This document shows positions 12,339-24,784 of a stretch of 64,000 bases of DNA, one piece after another. The notes under the pieces are model-generated. The model searched no databases. It was not told the DNA's origin and saw only the letters and a program-made list of their open reading frames with translations. The DNA lies in the NCBI GenBank assembly GCA_010093815.1, contig ML996569.1. The stretch is one strand, 5' to 3'. Each line of letters opens with the position of its first letter. Positions within the stretch are counted from its first letter, which is position 1. The position numbers were made by a program, and so were the translations under genes. Origin of the DNA: Pseudovirgaria hyperparasitica. Its lineage: Eukaryota.

Positions 12339-13798
12339 GGATTTTACAAAAAAATGGATGATTATGATGACTATGATGATGACGATGATTGGGATTATCA
12401 GATTATGGTGGGACGTTGAAGTGCTCTTTCTATTCTACATAGCGAGGTATTTTGGGATAGAAGACTGTTTGCTACTTGTTGTTGTCATTGAGATTGTTGT
12501 CAATGTTATCGTCGTTGGTGTTGCGAGGACTAGACGAGATATCGACACCGAATTCATCTGCGCGTGCACGTATTGATGATTAGTATGCATGGGACCTCCA
12601 TAGCGAAATCATCGAAGTATGCTGGACTTGTTGTAACGCTAAATTATATTACATAAATAACACCCCTAACTGTGGTAGTCGTCATCTACCCCTTCTTATC
12701 TTCCTTCATCCTATTCCCCGTCCTTTTCCTGTTACTTTTCTTCCTCGTCCCTCGTGGCTCATATCACGACTCAAGACCGCCCAACAAGCAACACGTATAC
12801 AAGCCCCACAATCCCAGCATTCCCACCCAAACACCACTTACGCCATCCATCTATGATGTATCCCAACATCTCGCTCTTCGAGCATCCCCACAGTGCCGAC
12901 GAATAGGTATCCTGGCTAGTCTAAGATACCAAGCTGGGTGTCGGTATGTCCTATCCTATTCTCATACTTAAACTTAGGTTGCGGTAACGAATGGTGTTTT
13001 TGATGTGTTGATCCCATAGGTGAGTTTGGTGGCATAGGGGGGTGGGAAGAGAGATGAAGGTGTGGGTTGCGGGTTGGGCGGTAGGTGGTGGTGTTTGTAC
13101 TGATAGGTAGGTGTGTATATGGATGTGTGCGTATGTGGTCTCGTGGTTATCGTTTTGATGATAGAATTGAGTCTCGACCAAATCTACAGGTGGAGCTTAT
13201 GTATACTGTGGAAGGTCTTGATTGCGTGCTGGTGGAATACATGGACAGCATGGGAGTTGGTAATATTTGACGACTCTATGTCTCCCTTCTGATCATATCT
13301 ATACGGGATAAGCATATGCTGCCAGCTGATATGGCCGCGGAAAGTCATCCAAGTCTATCTAGAAGGTACAATCCCGAGAGCTAGATGTTCGCAAGGTCCT
13401 TGTAGCTTGACCTAATGACTGTTCTCACGATATGGACGGATGCCTCCTGAAGCAGACATACAGTGGCATCGCATAATCATATCGTTGCGGTCACTAGCGA
13501 TGCCAGAGAAAAGGATACTCTTACTCAAGTCAGTTTAAAGGAGTGCTAGTAAAAATCTAATTCAGCGTAAGACAAGCAGCTAAACGTACGGTGACGATCA
13601 CTACGGATGTAAGACCAATATTTATCTATTGCGTGAGGGGGTGAAATACTTTAATCTAATGTCATTCAATGTGATACATTTTTCTATCTTAGTGACACGT
13701 ATATAAAAGGAACAACTCATGTCCACCGACTCAGCAAAGAACATCTCAGAGCTCTTCGTGACACCCCATGGTATACGAACACAACCACGAAGCAGCCA

Positions 13799-14452
13799 CT
13801 ACTTCTTCCGCACAACAAGCAAGACCGCCTTGACACCCTGCGCCTTGCGATAGTCAATCTTCTCCGTACTAACAACCTCAACCCTACCCTCCCTCTCCAG
13901 CCCCCGCACAACCCTCTCATACCCACCACTAACCCAGATATCATCCAGCACACTCGCAACAAACAACCCGCCGCCGCTCTTCAACACACGCACAAACTCC
14001 GCCATCGCCGGATCCGGCCCGACATGGCCGTGCGTGAACGTGCCCGTGCACGTCACAACGTCATACGTCTCGCTCTTGATGGCCAGCGGCCCGCTGAGAT
14101 CTGCAACGTCGAGGTTGCGGAACTTGCCCGTCTTGCGCGCGATGTTGAGCATGCCTTGGCTCAGGTCGATGCCGTCGATGAGGCGGGCGCCGAGGCCGGC
14201 GAGGGCGACGCCCGTGAGGCCGGTGCCGGTGCCGGCGTCGAGGATGGTGGCGGAGGCGAGGGTGTCGGCGGAGGAGGCGGCGAGGACGGCCTGGGCGCAG
14301 AGCAGCGGGGCGACGTAGTTCTGGGTTTCAGAGTTAACATCGGCGTCGTAGTCGGACGCCCATTTGTCGTAGATGGAGCGGCAGTCGTCGACGTTGTTCA
14401 TGGCGTATACTTGGTCTAGGAAGGCCATGCCTGTTTTGGTGGTCACGGCCAT
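13799..14452 (-). CDS. Class I SAM-dependent methyltransferase (METTL27/WBSCR27-like)
   Basis: YDKWASDYD, motif I ILDAGTGTG, GIDLSQGML and GTFTHGHVGP; intronless 217 aa. Confidence 0.88.
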   Translation of the reverse strand: MAVTTKTGMAFLDQVYAMNNVDDCRSIYDKWASDYDADVNSETQNYVAPLLCAQAVLAASSADTLASATILDAGTGTGLTGVALAGLGARLIDGIDLSQGMLNIARKTGKFRNLDVADLSGPLAIKSETYDVVTCTGTFTHGHVGPDPAMAEFVRVLKSGGGLFVASVLDDIWVSGGYERVVRGLEREGRVEVVSTEKIDYRKAQGVKAVLLVVRKK

Positions 14453-17311
14453 GGCTGCGGTTGGTGGGTGTTGCGTTTGGGCTTGATGGTGATTGGTGCT
14501 ATGGCTTGTTTTGGTGCTGTGGCAGGTATCCCTGGACGCGAGGACGAGGCGTGTTTGTTGGTGCTATGGACTTTTGTTGCTTTGTGGCGGATGGCGTTGT
14601 TGAATTCCGTTCGGCTTTGGTGCTGTGGGCTCAAGTGTTCACACTTTTTTTAAACCTTTGGGCAAGTCACGCAATGGACAGTATAAACAGCAAGCTGATT
14701 GTTGGAGTTTTGTACCGATGAGTGGTTGTTTAATTGGAGATTTTTGTACGAATAGAACAAAGTTTGAGAATTTAGGTATCCAATTGGACAAGTGTCGATG
14801 ATAGGAGAATGCTTCGGAGGAAAAGGGGTGAAGTGCTGGAGTCGACGACATTGCCTAGAATGGTCGTGTTTATATAGACCCCTAAGCAGTCCCTCCCTGG
14901 TTGTTGAGTGAATTGATCGAAGCCGACGCCGGTAACAACGAAACATCAAAAAGGAGGGGTAGCGGGGCACCAGAAATTGCGCGATAGCAAGGTAAAGCAT
15001 CGGACAGCCAATGCATTATCTGCAATGGTGGAGCGTAAGAAGCTGTCGTCTGCTAGGATCGATGGCTTGTGATAGTTGTAATTCGTGCGATGCCTTGATG
15101 CCTGCTTCGGTTAGTCACTACCATTTGCACCATCAGCAGGCGAGCGGGTTCATGGGCTGACATCTGCACTCTACTGGCTTTTGAGACAGAATCGCCCGCG
15201 TTGGCGTTGCACTCTGATGTCATTCGAGCGATTTATCGAGACCTGATCGTCTCCGTGTGCTGCCGTTCATGGGCTGTGTTGTTTTCGTATCCGGGAATGA
15301 GAGAGGCTCTTGGCGTGGGTATAAACACAACATCTGGAGTAGATTCCGGGTGATGGACAGCCTTGTCCAACCCCAGCAGCATTTCATCCGGACGACAGCC
15401 CTTGGATCCTAGTGCTGAGAGACTGCAAAAATCTGTAGTGTAAGCGTGACGCAAGTGGAGAATAACTGCAAAGCTTCCCTCATGTGGATATCACTTTCTC
15501 CTTACACATGCAGACGTGACAGTAGTATGCCGGTGGACAAATCACCCAACGTCATAACTAACTCCACCCAAATTGTTATTGGCCTGCTCCTGTGATGCTT
15601 CCAGACGGTGCATCGGGATCAGACGTGGGTATAGTTCGGCGGGCCGCTCGCGCATTAGGTAGAGTATTTCATGACATGGCTAGTTGTGTCACATTCGGTC
15701 TGTCATGCCTGGCTAGTTCGCCGCAAAGGCTTCTTGGATGTTATGGACATGATGGAGAGTCGTGTAGACATTCTCGTTGACCCCAGGTGGAAATGATCAG
15801 CCTAGGCTTGTAGATTACCTGGATCCATGCGTCTGACCCCAAGGCGCTCGTAACCGAAGGCGTGAAACGCACGCATGAGCAGCATTGGCCCGGTCCTGAA
15901 GACTTGAATAGCGTCCAGAATGTCTATGTATGCTCGTAATTAACTATGGCATCACTGTCATGCAGTGGGGTCTGCGATGGTGACCATCACATTTGAAAAT
16001 CCCATAGTTGTCCGCAGATTCCTGGTAGAGATGCCACTTCGATATTCCGAGGAGTATGCCTTGCAAGCTCTCGCTTCTTCTAGTGCATATGCTCCTTCCA
16101 TTCTTTATGAATATTATGCGGCTTGGATTTGGCGACTTTTGGCCATGGATCTATCAACCAGGATTATTCCACTCTCTCCAAGGTGAGCTTCAGTCCGAGG
16201 AAATCGGTTTTGAGCAGCGACGCCTCTTCTACTCCATCTTGACCGTCTTTCCAAATCCTCAGTTTTGTGACTTGGAGGACGAGTCATGATGCGCCACCAA
16301 CGGGATATACCTATTAAACAAGGTTTCTAGGCAGTACGGAATCCTTCGATCCTTTAATGCTATGCTCCTTGTAAACGTTGTGCGACATCATTATCAGGTG
16401 AATGGCATTCGCGAAAACCTTCAGCTATGTTTTGAATCCGCAAATCTGGGGTAAGTCGCCAAGATCAGGCTTTTCCATTCGAGTAGCTTGAGTAATGAAG
16501 GCTCAATAAAGACCCGCGTACTAGACACCCTCTTTCTACGTTGACAAGCCATCTTGACGCAGGCGGATACTTGGTGGTAGGAGTCAATTGGACAAATCGC
16601 TATTAAAGAGGCGGAAAATGTTGAGCTTAGAGTCGCAGGTCGTTGGAGGAACGCTGCTGTGGGTGAACTTGTAAAAGTGTACTGAAGGACCAGATAGAGG
16701 TTGCATAAAGAACCACCGATACACGCCACCAGAGTGCATCAGTATGCCTGCTTGGTGCCAGCATCACAAATCCTTCTTCGTACAAAGGGATTGTTGACCT
16801 ACCTCGTGGCTCCATTTTGAGTGCGTGAATGGGGAGGTGGCTCATCAGCGGAAACACATGTTCAGGTTTCGAAGGTGCTCAAGGATGCGCCGTTCAAAGT
16901 GGCCATGAGGACCAGCTCGAAGTGTTCAATGCACAAGTACGCTAGTTACGTTGTAATAACCGAAGCAAACAAGTCTTGAGATAATTCATGTGGCATAGAT
17001 CGCATCTGATTCGAATTTATCGACCGCAGCTGTTTCAACGCAGCCAGTGTGCAGATGACACTCTTTTTACTTGTACTCGAAGCCTTTCTCCGAAATACTC
17101 CTGTGACCAAGGACTATGTTCGACAAGTCGCGGCACAGGAGATATGTCAACACATATCGAAGAAAACCACAATTCTCAAGGTTATAGTCTTTGGCACGGA
17201 GACTTGCTGCTTTTATGGACCCAACACGGTTCGAGTTTTGATTCGCTTGGTATGATGCGCCATACAACAATATTTTACATTCAGACTCGCAAATACGGGT
17301 GTATAATATTG

Positions 17312-18568
17312 CTATGAGCCGTTATCCTCGTCTGTCTTTTCCGACGCGGCTAGGCGAACAGCATAATCTCCAAGGAGTCCTGTAGCAATGAAGCCACCGG
17401 TAATCCAGCAGCCATTCTTGAACCACCACCAGCAGTTCGTCACGCTCTTCAGGTTCACCTTGTAGATCATGGACACCAGGCTGATTGCACCAAACCCACA
17501 GCTACCGACAAAAAAGACAGGCCCAGCACCTGCAGCAGCTCCAGCGACAGCAAGGAGTCCAATCTGCACAACAGCCAGCCCAGTCAGCACAGCTTTGGTT
17601 TCTTTCTCATGTCGCAGCGCTATACTCTTAATACCGGCTTTGACGTCGTCTTTGATGTCCATGTGGGCGTATATCATGTCATACAACACAGTCCAAGCAA
17701 TGTTACTTGCGTATAGGCATGCAGCAGCTGTAAGTGCATCCTGGTTAGAAAAAAGATCTACGCCGAGGGCTGGAAAGCCCATGAAAGCGCCCCAGGAGAA
17801 GGTCAAGCCGAGTACGGCTTGGGGATAGTGCGTGACACGCTTGGCCAGCGGATATGTTGCTACCAAGAGTAATGATGGGACCCCATAGTAGAGGCACTGA
17901 GTAGGGAACTGAAGCAGGACCGTAAGGCCAACAAGTAACTGTGCTCCAGTGAAAATGATTGCTGATTCAGGCTTCACTGCCCCTCGAGCGATTGGTCGAA
18001 GCCGCGTACGAGTGACATGAGGATCAAGATTACGATCCCAGAGGTCGTTGATGGTGCATCCAGCTCCTCGCATGACCAGCGCTCCAGTCAAGAACAAGCT
18101 CGTGTATCCTGCGATGGCAAGCGGTGTTGCCATTGGTATAGCCATCGGCGCAGCTAGAAGCGTACTAAAGAGGCATGGAAAGAAAAGGTAGTATGTACCA
18201 GTAGGCTTGTCGAGACGAACAAGTTCTGCATATGGTACGACGGCATCTGGCAGATATGATAAGAGTCCAGCAGTTGGACGCTGGTAAGGCTGAAGTTGCG
18301 CCTGTGTTGCTGCTCTGTTAGGTAGAATAGATGACGAAGTGTCTACTATTGTATGCGACTGAAGTCGAGCGAGCGGCGGAGAACCCAGCGTGATCGTATG
18401 TGGTCGTCTCGTATGCCATGATTGTTTCGCTACTTGATGAGTGTGAGAGGATCTAGTGAATGAGATGAGGCGGCGAAAGGAGCGGAATTTCCGGCAGTGA
18501 AAAGTGTTTCGCGGCGTTGATCGCAGACATGCTTCGGGTGCAAGTCTTACCCAAAGTACGCTCGCCAT
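17312..18568 (-). CDS. COQ2: 4-hydroxybenzoate polyprenyltransferase, mitochondrial
   Basis: Arg-rich presequence; RLDKPTG, GCTINDLWDRNLD...RTRLRPIARG and YDMIYAHMDIKDD (UbiA Asp-rich motifs); several transmembrane helices. Confidence 0.95.
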   Translation of the reverse strand: MASVLWVRLAPEACLRSTPRNTFHCRKFRSFRRLISFTRSSHTHQVAKQSWHTRRPHTITLGSPPLARLQSHTIVDTSSSILPNRAATQAQLQPYQRPTAGLLSYLPDAVVPYAELVRLDKPTGTYYLFFPCLFSTLLAAPMAIPMATPLAIAGYTSLFLTGALVMRGAGCTINDLWDRNLDPHVTRTRLRPIARGAVKPESAIIFTGAQLLVGLTVLLQFPTQCLYYGVPSLLLVATYPLAKRVTHYPQAVLGLTFSWGAFMGFPALGVDLFSNQDALTAAACLYASNIAWTVLYDMIYAHMDIKDDVKAGIKSIALRHEKETKAVLTGLAVVQIGLLAVAGAAAGAGPVFFVGSCGFGAISLVSMIYKVNLKSVTNCWWWFKNGCWITGGFIATGLLGDYAVRLAASEKTDEDNGS

Positions 18569-18876
18569 TATGAAATCAAAGTGAAGTGAATTAGAGACGA
18601 AGGGGAATGTTAACGCGTCGACACGTGATCGTGTTTTTTCCGCTGGTCACTATCCTTGTTCTCGTTGATTGGCTGGTGCAAGTGAGAACGCGACCGAAGC
18701 TCCGCTCCGCTCTGCTTTCACCACTCACTACTCAGATACCTTTGATACTTGCGCCACTCTCTATCTCAGAACACTTTCCGCAGCACTGATCTCTTCATAT
18801 ATCTGTGCTCGCTTTCACCCAAGGCGCGCATACAAAGTCACTGGTGTTGCGTTATGCGACGACGCCGTTACACACA

Positions 18877-21800
18877 ATGCCTGCCAAACGCCCTCAGGCA
18901 ACTTTCGAGCCTATTCCACCAGACTTCGACGTGAGAGAGCTTGTGGAGTCCACCGACAACTTCCAATATGTTGACCGCATCTCGTGTGAGATGATTGAGC
19001 AGCAAGGTGTGGATGCCTTCGAGAAGCTCGTTCTCCTCCACGTTATCATCGGAGGAAAGCCGCTTGTGGTTGATGGGTTCGAGGATCTCCTAGATCCGTG
19101 GACGTTCACGCCCAAATGGCTGATTGACAACCATGGCGGTAAAGGTGAGCTCGAAGAAATGGAACTCGCTCGATGAGCTTACACTGACTGTGAACGTAGT
19201 CGAGAACGCGCGCAACCTGACCAACCAACAGAATCTTCCTCTCACGATCCGCCACTATTTGAATAATATGGGCTCGCTCACTGAGCAGTTCTTCCAGAAA
19301 TCGAGTAACTACAAAGACAAGAATAGACAGCGAATGTATCTCAAGGACATCGATTGTCCACCGGTATGGCATGACAAGCTTAAAGAGCAAATTCCTGCCG
19401 GTGTATTTTATTTGAATGAGAGTACTGGTGCATTTGGCGGAGTCGGTGCTGTTGATGAACCCATTATTGCAGCCAGCGGCCGTCGGAACCGTGGATATGG
19501 AAGAGCAGGCGACCTCATGAGTAGCCTCCCAGCCGACATGAGGGCCGAGAATCTCATGTGCTATATCGGGCACGAGGGGACCTACACGCCTTCGCATAAA
19601 GAGATGTGTGCTTCACTTGGTCAGAACATCATGGTCGACGCGTCCACTGCTGTTGGAGAAGATGGAAAGCCTGAAAGACCGGGCTCGTCACTCTGGTTCA
19701 TGACTGAGACTAAAGACAGACACCTCGTCCAGGAGTATTGGTTGTCGATTCTCGGACACGACATTGAAGTGGAAAATCACTTTGCGCAGATCATGGCTTG
19801 GGTTTCGGCGCCCTTCAGGACTTACGTGGTGGAACAAAGACCCGGTGACTTCATATTGATTCCACCACTCGCGCCACATCAGGTATGGAATCGAGGGACT
19901 CGGACTATGAAAGTTGCTTGGAATCGGACCACAGTGGAAACCTTGGAGATGGCAATCAACGAGGCCATACCGAATGCGCGGATGGTTTGTCGTGACGAGC
20001 AGTACAAGAACAAAGCAATCATCTACTACACCCTCACAAAGTACGGCACCATTCTGAAAAATGTCAAGCTTATGTGCGAAGCAAATCCGGAGAATGCGTA
20101 CGCCTATTCCAGCAACATCAAGATACGACAACTGAACAAGGACTTCAAACGACTGTTTGACCTCTACAAGAACATCGTACTCTCGGAGATGTTCGCAGTG
20201 GATGGCGCAAAGGAACACCCGGAATTTCTACCATTCGACTCGAATGTTACGTGCGCGTACTGCCGTGGTAACATTTTCAACCGCTTCCTGACGTGCAAGG
20301 CCTGTCCAAGGGCACTTGGCACCGATGTTGACGAACCTTACGATGTTTGCATGGATTGCTATGTCATGGGTAGAAGCTGTGCTTGCACTTCCGACTTGAA
20401 ATGGTGTGAGCAGTGGAGGTGGAAAGACCTACTCTACAAATACGAGGAATGGCGCCGTATCATCATTGACATTGACGGAGGTGTTACTGAAAAGACTCCC
20501 CAGCAAATCAGTGAAGAAAGGAGGTACTACGGCAAGAAAACTCTTGCACAGATATGTCAAGAACAGTTACGCATTAGACCATGGGTAGATATCCAGAATC
20601 CCCAACAGCAGGAAGAGAATGAGGAAGACGAAAGCCGGTTCAACGAAGACGGGACACTAAAGAAGACACCAAAAAAGCAAAGCAAAAATCACGATGCCAA
20701 TCACAAAGCTTGTCACGTTTGCCTCCATAAGCATCCCAAATGGAAGATGGCCAACTGTCAATTTTGTGACCTATGGTATTGCTACGGCAGTCTCTACCGC
20801 GCTCAAGACCTGCTACCACAGACTGTTATGGAGGACCTCCACTGGAAATGCCCACATTGTCGCCGACAATGCAATACTGGACGATGCCGGGCAGACCCAA
20901 GGCAACGACCATTCGAGCCAAAGGGGACTTTACTAGGTCATGACACCAGGAAGGTCGCCGATGTGCGCAGTATCGAGGCTCTTTTCAACTATGGCATCTC
21001 AAACCTGCACTGGACGAACGAAGAGGGAGATCCACGTGCTAGCTCACGACTCATAGCTCTGCAAGCAGCAGCAGAACGTGCTAAGCAGCAAGACTCGACT
21101 TTAGACCCACATTTTGAAGACGAGCACGGCATTCGCTTCTCCCCTGTTCACGAAACAACGAGTATCAATGGGGGCATTGATGACACCATGATTGATCCAG
21201 CACTTGGTGGTACAGGTATTAGTAAAAGTAGTACCAACAACAACGAGGATCTTAACAGCGAGCTCGAAGTCGAAAATGCCAATGGATTTGACGATGGACT
21301 CACCTCTTACCACGATGCTGGTGATTCCAACAAGAAAAAACGGAAACGCGGCGAACAAATCCAAATCCAGCTGAAAACAAAGGCCCCGAAGAGACAGAAG
21401 AAGAATGCAAACGAAGAGCCCGAGCAAGAAGCCTCGGGACCAGTCAGTGCAGCTACCGATGCAACCAAGGAGTTCCGTAGACAGCAAGAACAAAAATTAC
21501 TTGCGCAAGCTCGCGAGGAAGACCGCTATATCATAGTTTGGGGTGCTATGAGAGCTAAGAAACTGCTTGTTAAGCTAGACATCGACTCGCACAAGCTAGT
21601 CGAGATCACGTCTCGTCCTCCTGCTGGTGGTCTTCCGATCAGACGTCGGCAAATCAACAACGGCGCTTCTCGCCAGACATCTACGAATGGGGTAATTCTA
21701 CAATCTGATGTCAACAAACCCAGTCCCAAATCGGGAGACAAAGCTTCGAATGGTGGCCCAGCAAAGCCAGTCTCAGCACTAGTTCGTGTTCGTGGTGAAA

Positions 21801-22579
21801 AAGACGACACCTATACCACTCGGAAACGGTGGTCAGAGCCGTCGCAAAAAAAGGGCGGCTACCAGGCTAGGACTCTTGAAGAAATCGATATCCCTTCTGA
21901 TGGAGAGGTGTCTGAAGAAGAGTATGCTCCGCGCGCTCAAAGGCGCCGCGTAATGGATGAAGAGGAACTTGTCCAGCTTCCGGATGACTTCAAAGATGGT
22001 ACTGTCAATCGGCGTCACACGACTGGCCAAGTAAGTGGGTCCACGGCTCAGATTCGACCGCCGCCCTCAAAGCAGAACAATGGAAAGTTCGCACGACCAA
22101 GTCTCCCGAGCAAGGCACATCTCGAGGCGCAAGCAAAAGCTGCCAGAGAGGCAGCAGCACAGATGGATGAAGCAAATCGTAAGGCAAAGATGATGGCAGC
22201 AGGTATGGCCGATGAGGACGTCCCGATCACCATCCCGGACGATGATTCGAACACATCGTCGTCAGAGGGGGAACTGGTTGCCAGGCTGTCACCGCAACCA
22301 AAGACACCCACGGCGCCCGTGATACCGGTCACGATAGGGTTCACGCCTGTCAACACAAAGCCATCTGAATCCCCGCAAGAGCGTCGGTCCATTTTCGACA
22401 AGATGAAGAACAAGAACGTCAAGATTGTAGGCAGATCGAGCAAGACGAAGACGCTACCAATAGCAAAGGCTGGAGCAGCTGTATCGAATCTCAGAGCTGA
22501 CTCAGAATCGGAGGATTCTGAAGAGATTTCTGCCCCAGCGCCAGCAAAGAAGAGAGGCCGGCCACGGAAGGTTCCATGA
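18877..22579 (+). CDS. JmjC-domain protein with Cys-rich zinc fingers (zf-4CXXC-like) and a C-terminal AT-hook
   Basis: Start MPAKRPQATF with one intron at ~19144-19199. JmjC Fe triad TPSHKE...PPLAPHQVWN; several CxxC clusters; NLS KKKRKR; C-terminal KKRGRPRK. Confidence 0.85.
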
Positions 22580-23748
22580 TACGAGACAGCCGCATGTGTT
22601 GCCGATTAGTTTTCTCCCGCTTTGTTCTCTGACGAGTCTTACTAAAGGAGCCATGGGTGGTTGTTATAGTTAGCATGGTGTTTATATGGTTTTGAAGTGT
22701 GGTTTGGACGGCAAGAAGATGGAAAGTGTGTATCATGTTGTGCATAGTTCACACGCCCAGTATCATATCATGTGAATGAAGCTTCATGCAGGCTTTTTGC
22801 TGCAAAATGTGCGTGTTCACGTTGCTATTGTTGTAGTAAGATGTTCCAGTGATAATTAGTGGTAAAAGCCTACGTCCCAATGAAGACTAGCGAACGGACA
22901 ATTCGTGCACAGGGCTGGCAGTTTCATCTCGCTTAGTCGCCCTGGAAGTTTGATGAAGGAACGTGAAGTCTAGCACCAATTAGAGTCACCAGCATACGTC
23001 CATGATACACACATACATTGAAGAACCTCGACCACATTGAAGATAGTGTCGCAGCTTGTGCGGCAAGATGCGTTGCTGTAGTGGTTCAAAAGCGGGTATG
23101 ACAGTGCAGTGTACCCGTATGACGAGTACGTGTAGTCATGTAGCTATGTAGCCATGTATAGGGTCATTTCCTTTGGGCATTATCACGATGCATGTGAAGT
23201 GGACGGCATACGGACATTTCCCAGTTCTGCTCGTTTCATGCAGTAGGCTTCTCCGTATGCATCTCGTTGTTCGTCAGTTCAATAGCAGTAGGATAGTAAT
23301 ACCACCTCGTTGCACGACCTCACACGAATAGAACAACTCATACCCAGCTCGATCCAGCCTCGCACCATCACACATTGATATTGGTGCTTCGTGATGAGAT
23401 CTAGGGCGGGTCCAATCGAAGTGATTGGCAAGTGGATCTGCGGATGCGTCCGAAGCGCGCTGATTGGTTGCGGCTGCTTTTGCCCGTGAATGACAACAAG
23501 GGTCCCGCAAATCACGCCAAGCATGAGGCTACGGACTTCTCCTATATATCCTCGACGCGCCATCCATCTCCCCCGAGCCGATCCACCATCTCACTTTCAC
23601 GCCATCCAAACTTTTTCGCAACTTTCACTTCTGATTATCCTCCGACGTGCCCATCACTCGTTTCTGGGCCTTTGACCATACACTCGCTACTACTTCCTAG
23701 TCTATCAACGTCGAGATACCTGCAGTAATCCTACCTTTCATCACAATC

Positions 23749-24443
23749 ATGCGCACCCAGTTCTTCGTCGCCGCCCTTGTGGCTTCTGCTGCATCCTTCG
23801 TCGCCGCACAAGACGCCAACTGCGAAGCTGAGAACATCGTCGAGGCGTGTCTGCCCAGTGTGCAAATTCGCATCGATGCATGCGACAGTCAGGACTGGAG
23901 GTGCCAGTGCGATACCTACCAGCAGCTGTTGACGTGAGTATTCTCCGCCCGTCCTACTTGGACCATCAATGAAGGAATTCGTGGACTCTTGTGGCAGGAT
24001 TGGCATGCATGCATGTGTAAGAGGAGGACCGGGGCGCTGTGCCACATATCACACAATCCGCCATTCTCTCACCGCTCAGACCTCGTGCTGATACGTGGCG
24101 TGCATATAGGTGCTACGACAACTGCCCCAACGACGCACGCAAGCCCAGTGTGCAGAACCAGGTTACGCAGTTCTGTGCTGCTGCTAGGTATGACTTCTCT
24201 CCTTCCGGCGATTCGACGATGCACGATGCTAACGGGTCCAATAGCGCATACCAACCCTCCTCCACGGTGGCTCCAGCCAGCTCGACACCGACGCCTTCTG
24301 CTGCGACTAGCACGACTGACGAGCAGCCCTCTGAGACTGGTAGTGGAGCGCAGGAGACGAATAGTCAGGGTGCTGCTGGTGTGGTTGCGGTGCCTGTTGG
24401 TGCTGTGTTTGGTGTGCTGATGGGGCTTGCTGGATTGTTGTAA
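23749..24443 (+). CDS. Small secreted 8-Cys (CFEM-like) Ser/Thr-rich GPI-anchored protein
   Basis: Exons 23749-23933, 24110-24187 and 24245-24443 give a signal peptide, an 8-Cys domain, an S/T stalk and a hydrophobic tail (GAAGVVAVPVGAVFGVLMGLAGLL). Confidence 0.8.
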
Positions 24444-24784
24444 GAGGGCAGCGAGGAAGAGCGGTTGTGGGAATGATATGACAATGTGGATCAAGAGCAC
24501 GTCTGGTTTTGATGTTTCAGTTACATAGGTATAGTAATACTAATATCATGTTCGTTTGCATTTCTTGAGAGCACTAGGGGTGCATGATATACTATGCTCG
24601 CTCATCCGGAGTCATCAAGGCATGTATGGATGCTCTGGCGTTGTACGAATTATCTGTGCCGGACCACACGAGGCGGAATCCAATGGCGAACAAATGCCAA
24701 GAAGTTCTCCGAGTGTCAGACAGTATGTGGCAACAACATGTTCGCTATGCTAACAATATATACAGATGAAGATTACGCCAGTGA

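Noticed and set aside
12340..13270. (GAT)n, (GTT)n and GT-rich tracts with hydrophobic short ORFs
   Set aside because: Simple-sequence 3' UTR or intergenic DNA between convergent genes; no coding signal.
15000..17300. 2.3 kb with many short ORFs that might be a pseudogene
   Set aside because: No recognisable motif and no consistent splice model.
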